A DNA stretch of 64,000 bases from Pseudomonadota bacterium (GTDB lineage Bacteria; Pseudomonadota; Gammaproteobacteria; Chromatiales; Chromatiaceae): the NCBI GenBank assembly GCA_034716535.1, contig JAYEJW010000243.1, positions 6,243 through 70,242 of the forward strand. Reading direction: 5' to 3'. Positions within the stretch are counted from its first letter, which is position 1. Each line of letters opens with the position of its first letter. This document shows, piece after piece, positions 60,925 through 64,000 of this stretch. A program made the position numbers and the translations under genes. Under the pieces are notes generated by a model. That model searched no databases, was not told where the DNA came from, and saw nothing but the letters and a program-made list of their open reading frames with translations.

Positions 60925-61692
60925 ATGAAGAGAGACAAAACCGCTGCCATTGTTCTTATCCTTTTCGTCTGGGGGCTGGCAGGGGCGCTGTTTGGGAGCC
61001 TGTTTGCCGGTCTGTACCAGGTGCTCCTGGTTCTAGGCGTCGGCGGCTGGAAGCCCTTGGTGGTGGGCGCGGCGGCCGCGGCCATGACGACCTCGGCGTT
61101 CTACAGTGCCATGCCGGTCGCTCTCGTCGGGGCAATGGCTGGTGTGATTGCGTCCATCGCCTACCTGATGGTGACAGGACACCGGGTGGAGCTTTTTCTC
61201 ATCTCCAGTGTTGCTGCGGTTGCCGGGCTGGTGGCGGGGAGCTTCTACGCCTGGATGGTCAAGGGCGGTGGGCGACCGCTCGCGCAGACGCTTAGGGGAT
61301 TGCTCGCCGGACTCGCGGCGGGTGGTCTGTTGGCGGCGGGGCTCTCCTTTTACGGCGGGGATGTCGGCATGTTCGTCATGGCGGCGGGCGTCGTCGCCCT
61401 GGTCGGCAGCCTGTTCCAGTTGTCCGAGCGCTGGTTTGTGGGCCGCATTTCCGGCTGGTGCCCGCGGACAGTCTCCGCACCCGTGGTGGCCGCGCTGATC
61501 GCCGCCGTTGTCGGTGCCAGCGTCTGGATCATGGGCGGCGTGACCGCCGGAGCTCTGGACTCTGCGACCAAGGGGGCCATCGATCAGGTCCTGCGCGAGG
61601 TACCGGCGGGATTCCTCGGCGGGTTGCTGGGCGGTGCCGTTACGGGGGTACTGCTGGAGCTCATGGGTGTGCACCTGGAAGAGCGCGCCTGA
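60925..61692 (+). CDS. Hypothetical Gly/Ala-rich polytopic membrane protein
   Basis: 255-aa ORF with about 7 hydrophobic segments rich in G/A/V/L small-residue motifs (GLAGALFGSLFAGL, VGAMAGVIASIAYL, LLAGLAAGGLLAAGL, GGLLGGAVTGVLLEL). No family recognised. It could still be a GC-composition artefact, but its hydrophobic periodicity argues for a real gene. Confidence 0.5.
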   Translation: MKRDKTAAIVLILFVWGLAGALFGSLFAGLYQVLLVLGVGGWKPLVVGAAAAAMTTSAFYSAMPVALVGAMAGVIASIAYLMVTGHRVELFLISSVAAVAGLVAGSFYAWMVKGGGRPLAQTLRGLLAGLAAGGLLAAGLSFYGGDVGMFVMAAGVVALVGSLFQLSERWFVGRISGWCPRTVSAPVVAALIAAVVGASVWIMGGVTAGALDSATKGAIDQVLREVPAGFLGGLLGGAVTGVLLELMGVHLEERA

Positions 61693-61742
61693 TCCGGATC
61701 ACACGAGAAAACCATCGAGAAACGCCAGGGTCTATCACGCGT

Positions 61743-62546
61743 ATGAACAGGTTTCCGTTATCCATCCTGATCGGCTTGCCGCTTGCGGTTCTCGCCGCCG
61801 GGCAGGCTAACGCGAGCGAGACTGCTGGGTCGACAGGCGGAGCAGACACGACGGACGAGACCTCCGAGGCTGCGGCTGAGCCTCCGGCGGGGAACAAAGT
61901 CGTTCCGCCGACGAAGAAGCCCGCGCCGAGCAAGTCGCAGCTCAAGCCCATGATCGACCGCACCGCCAAGAACTACGGAGTCGAACGGGAGCTGGTACAT
62001 GCCGTCATCGCCGCCGAGTCGGCCTACAACGCCCACGCGGTGTCCCGCGCCGGTGCCATCGGCCTCATGCAGGTCATGCCGGCCACCGCAGCCGACTACG
62101 GCGTGACTTCCACGGAGGCGCTGTTCGAGCCCAAGGTCAATGTCAAGACCGGCACGCGCCACCTCAAGCGATTGCTCGGTAAGTACAGGAACGACTACGG
62201 ACGGGTCATCATGGCCTACAACGCCGGGGAGGGCGTGGTCGACCGCACCAACAGCAACGTCACCTATGCCGAGACGCTCGACTACACGGCCGCGGTCATC
62301 AGGCAATATCGCCGAAATGGGGGCAAGCAACCCACCGAGGAGGCGATGCGGAAAGTCAGCATGCTGCGAAGAATCAGCGGTTCCGGCAAGGCCCGGCGAT
62401 TAATGAAGAAGTACCTCGATCCCTCCCTGCTGTCGCTGAAGGTCCGTCCGACACTCCCTATCCGCTATCTCGATCCGGGCCTCCACAATGCGGGACCGAA
62501 AAGCCGGCCCATGATCGTACTGGAGTCGCCCAAGACAAAGAATTAG
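61743..62546 (+). CDS. Lytic transglycosylase (SLT domain) with signal peptide
   Basis: ATG at 61743 gives MNRFPLSILIGLPLAVLAAGQANA. The SLT core is VIAAESAYNAHAVSRAGAIGLMQVMPATA...AYNAGEG. Confidence 0.85.
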   Translation: MNRFPLSILIGLPLAVLAAGQANASETAGSTGGADTTDETSEAAAEPPAGNKVVPPTKKPAPSKSQLKPMIDRTAKNYGVERELVHAVIAAESAYNAHAVSRAGAIGLMQVMPATAADYGVTSTEALFEPKVNVKTGTRHLKRLLGKYRNDYGRVIMAYNAGEGVVDRTNSNVTYAETLDYTAAVIRQYRRNGGKQPTEEAMRKVSMLRRISGSGKARRLMKKYLDPSLLSLKVRPTLPIRYLDPGLHNAGPKSRPMIVLESPKTKN

Positions 62547-62845
62547 GGTGCAATGGGGTTCTCTTGTGCCTCCCGTTGCATGGGATGAAAACCCTCAGAC
62601 AGCGAGCCCAGTCGTCGAGTCACCCGTTGCTCAGTGCACACGATCCCTCTGCAAGGCTAACCCATCATGACACCCGGCAGCGGTTGCGGGCAAAGATCGC
62701 ATTCCTCGCCAGATCCTCGGAGGGGTGCTGGTCCGCGAGTAAATGGGCAAGGGGTCGGAGATTTCGCCTAAACTGACTTGGAACCTCCTGTAGGCAATGC
62801 GATACACTTCGGATCGTGCCCTTTCGGTGAGGTAGAGAACCAGAA

Positions 62846-62989
62846 ATGACAAAGTCGGAGCTGATCGAACTCCTCGTGAGCGGATAGTATCAACTTAGCG
62901 AACGGGATGTGGAGTTGGTCGCCAAGAGCCTGTTGGAGAGCAGGAGTGATACGCTCGCCTCAGGGGAGCGGATCGAGATTCGACGTTAG
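62846..62989 (+). pseudogene. ihfB: Truncated integration host factor beta / HU-family gene fragment with in-frame TAG
   Basis: The reading is [46 protein letters not shown]. It is colinear with the IHF-beta N-terminus ([11 protein letters not shown]..Q....K.VE.AVK.MLEHM...LA.GERIEIRGFGSF). There is an in-frame stop at codon 14, and the frame ends at codon 48 where GFGSF and the DNA-binding arm should follow. Confidence 0.7.
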
Positions 62990-63591
62990 CCGACACTTAA
63001 ATCCATCCTTACCAGAGCCGCCACCGACTCTGCGCGCATTTTGTGCATGATTCTCGCCCGGTGGGTGTGGACCGTTTTCTCGCTGATGTTCAGCTCGCTG
63101 GCGATCAGCTTGCTTGGCTTGCCGTCAACGATCTTTTTCATGATTTCCCGTTCGCGGGGCGTAAGAGTGACAATGCGGGCTTCAATCGCGGCGATCTTCT
63201 CCCCCTCGAGCCGCCTTCGACCTTCCCAGCTGATAGCATCATGGATCCTGTCCAAAAGATCCTGATCATTGAACGGTTTTTCGATGAAGTCAAAGGCCTG
63301 CGCTTTCATGGCGCGCACCGAGCTGGAGACATCTCCGTGTGCCGTGATGAAGATGATCGGAATCTGAACCTGCCGCGCTGCGAGCGTTTCCTGGAGCGCA
63401 AGCCCGCTCGTCCCAGGCATACGCAGGTCCAGCACCAGGCAGCCAGGCCTGCTTGGATCATAGTGCTTCAGAAAGTCCTCAGCCGAGGCGTAGATCTTCG
63501 AATTGAGCCCGACGGATTTGAGCAGGAATCCCATCGCCCCACGGACGGCTTCGTCATCATCAACCACGAAAACAGTCGGCTCAGTGCTCAA
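62986..63591 (-). CDS. Response regulator, FixJ/NarL (LuxR-type HTH) family
   Basis: Receiver domain VFVVDDDEAVR...LVLDLRMPG...ITAHGD...KA. C-terminal LTPREREIMKKIVDGKPSKLIASELNISEKTVHTHRARIMHKM. Confidence 0.9.
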   Translation of the reverse strand: MSTEPTVFVVDDDEAVRGAMGFLLKSVGLNSKIYASAEDFLKHYDPSRPGCLVLDLRMPGTSGLALQETLAARQVQIPIIFITAHGDVSSSVRAMKAQAFDFIEKPFNDQDLLDRIHDAISWEGRRRLEGEKIAAIEARIVTLTPREREIMKKIVDGKPSKLIASELNISEKTVHTHRARIMHKMRAESVAALVRMDLSVG

Positions 63592-64000
63592 CAGGACTCT
63601 CCTGGCTCACGGACGGCAAGGTAAAGTGGAACACGGCGCCAGGCCCGCTCGGTTGCTCCGCCCAGAGGCTTCCCTTATGGGCCTCTACGATAGATCGGCT
63701 AATGGATAACCCCATCCCCATGCCGTGGCGCTTGGTCGTAAAGAAGGCATCGAAGACCCGACTAGCGGCCTTCTCTGACAGGCCCGGGCCCGTATCACTC
63801 ACCGAAAACTCCACCGCCCCCTCCTTGTTACTGCGGGTCCGGACATCCAGGAAACGGGGCCTGGTATTGGTACCCTCCATCGCCTCCACCCCGTTTATTA
63901 GCAGATTCAGAATCACTTGCTCGATCTGAATTCGGTCTGCCTGCACATCGGGCAAGCCGGCACTCAGATCCAAACGCAGGCCGACGCGGCTCGCGCGCGC
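63581..64000 (-). CDS. Sensor histidine kinase, C-terminal HATPase_c part (5' end outside window)
   Basis: N box IEQVILNLLINGVEAM, G1 DTGPG, F box FFTTK, G2 GMGMGLSISRSIVEAHKG. It overlaps the response regulator start by 11 nt, typical of a coupled HK-RR pair (FixL/FixJ-like). Confidence 0.85.
   Translation of the reverse strand, partial: ARASRVGLRLDLSAGLPDVQADRIQIEQVILNLLINGVEAMEGTNTRPRFLDVRTRSNKEGAVEFSVSDTGPGLSEKAASRVFDAFFTTKRHGMGMGLSISRSIVEAHKGSLWAEQPSGPGAVFHFTLPSVSQESPVEH

Overview
High-GC (about 60-65% by eye) proteobacterial chromosome segment. Gene content and synteny look like gammaproteobacterial core genome, possibly an autotroph or sulfur-oxidiser type: rho-trxA/rhlB, yrfG-like/nudE-like, pta-ackA, metK-ahcY-metF, tkt-gap-pgk-pyk-fba. 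I call about 55 protein genes, one pseudogene fragment, one riboswitch, one RpoN promoter, several intrinsic terminators and a few repeats. I found no rRNA, tRNA, CRISPR array, transposase, integrase or phage genes. All family assignments come from motifs I recognise in the supplied translations, since no searches could be run. Start codons are often uncertain because the ORF track reports the longest ORF; I shortened starts where an SD or a family-typical N-terminus supports it. Most worth a second look: (1) at 1293-9120, a sigma-54/V4R-regulated, Tat-exported type II (Nar/Ebd-like) molybdoenzyme operon (alpha-beta-gamma-chaperone) with no assignable substrate and a well-spaced RpoN promoter; (2) at 58826-61692, an orphan V-ATPase subunit-I (a-subunit) homologue with no other ATPase genes nearby, followed by REP-like palindromes and a Gly-rich membrane protein; (3) the DUF3124-DUF3300-DUF2950 secreted-protein cluster with a ten-fold KRP octapeptide repeat; (4) a translationally coupled GCS2 ligase / M14 amidohydrolase pair; (5) the carbamoyltransferase-SxtJ-DUF5989 module with a divergent SGNH hydrolase; (6) a truncated ihfB fragment with a premature stop, abutting a FixLJ-like two-component pair; (7) a 7 x 7-nt tandem repeat plus hairpin between pta and ackA; (8) a 570-bp lower-GC gap with no convincing gene. 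The many long ORFs antisense to real genes are GC-driven shadows.
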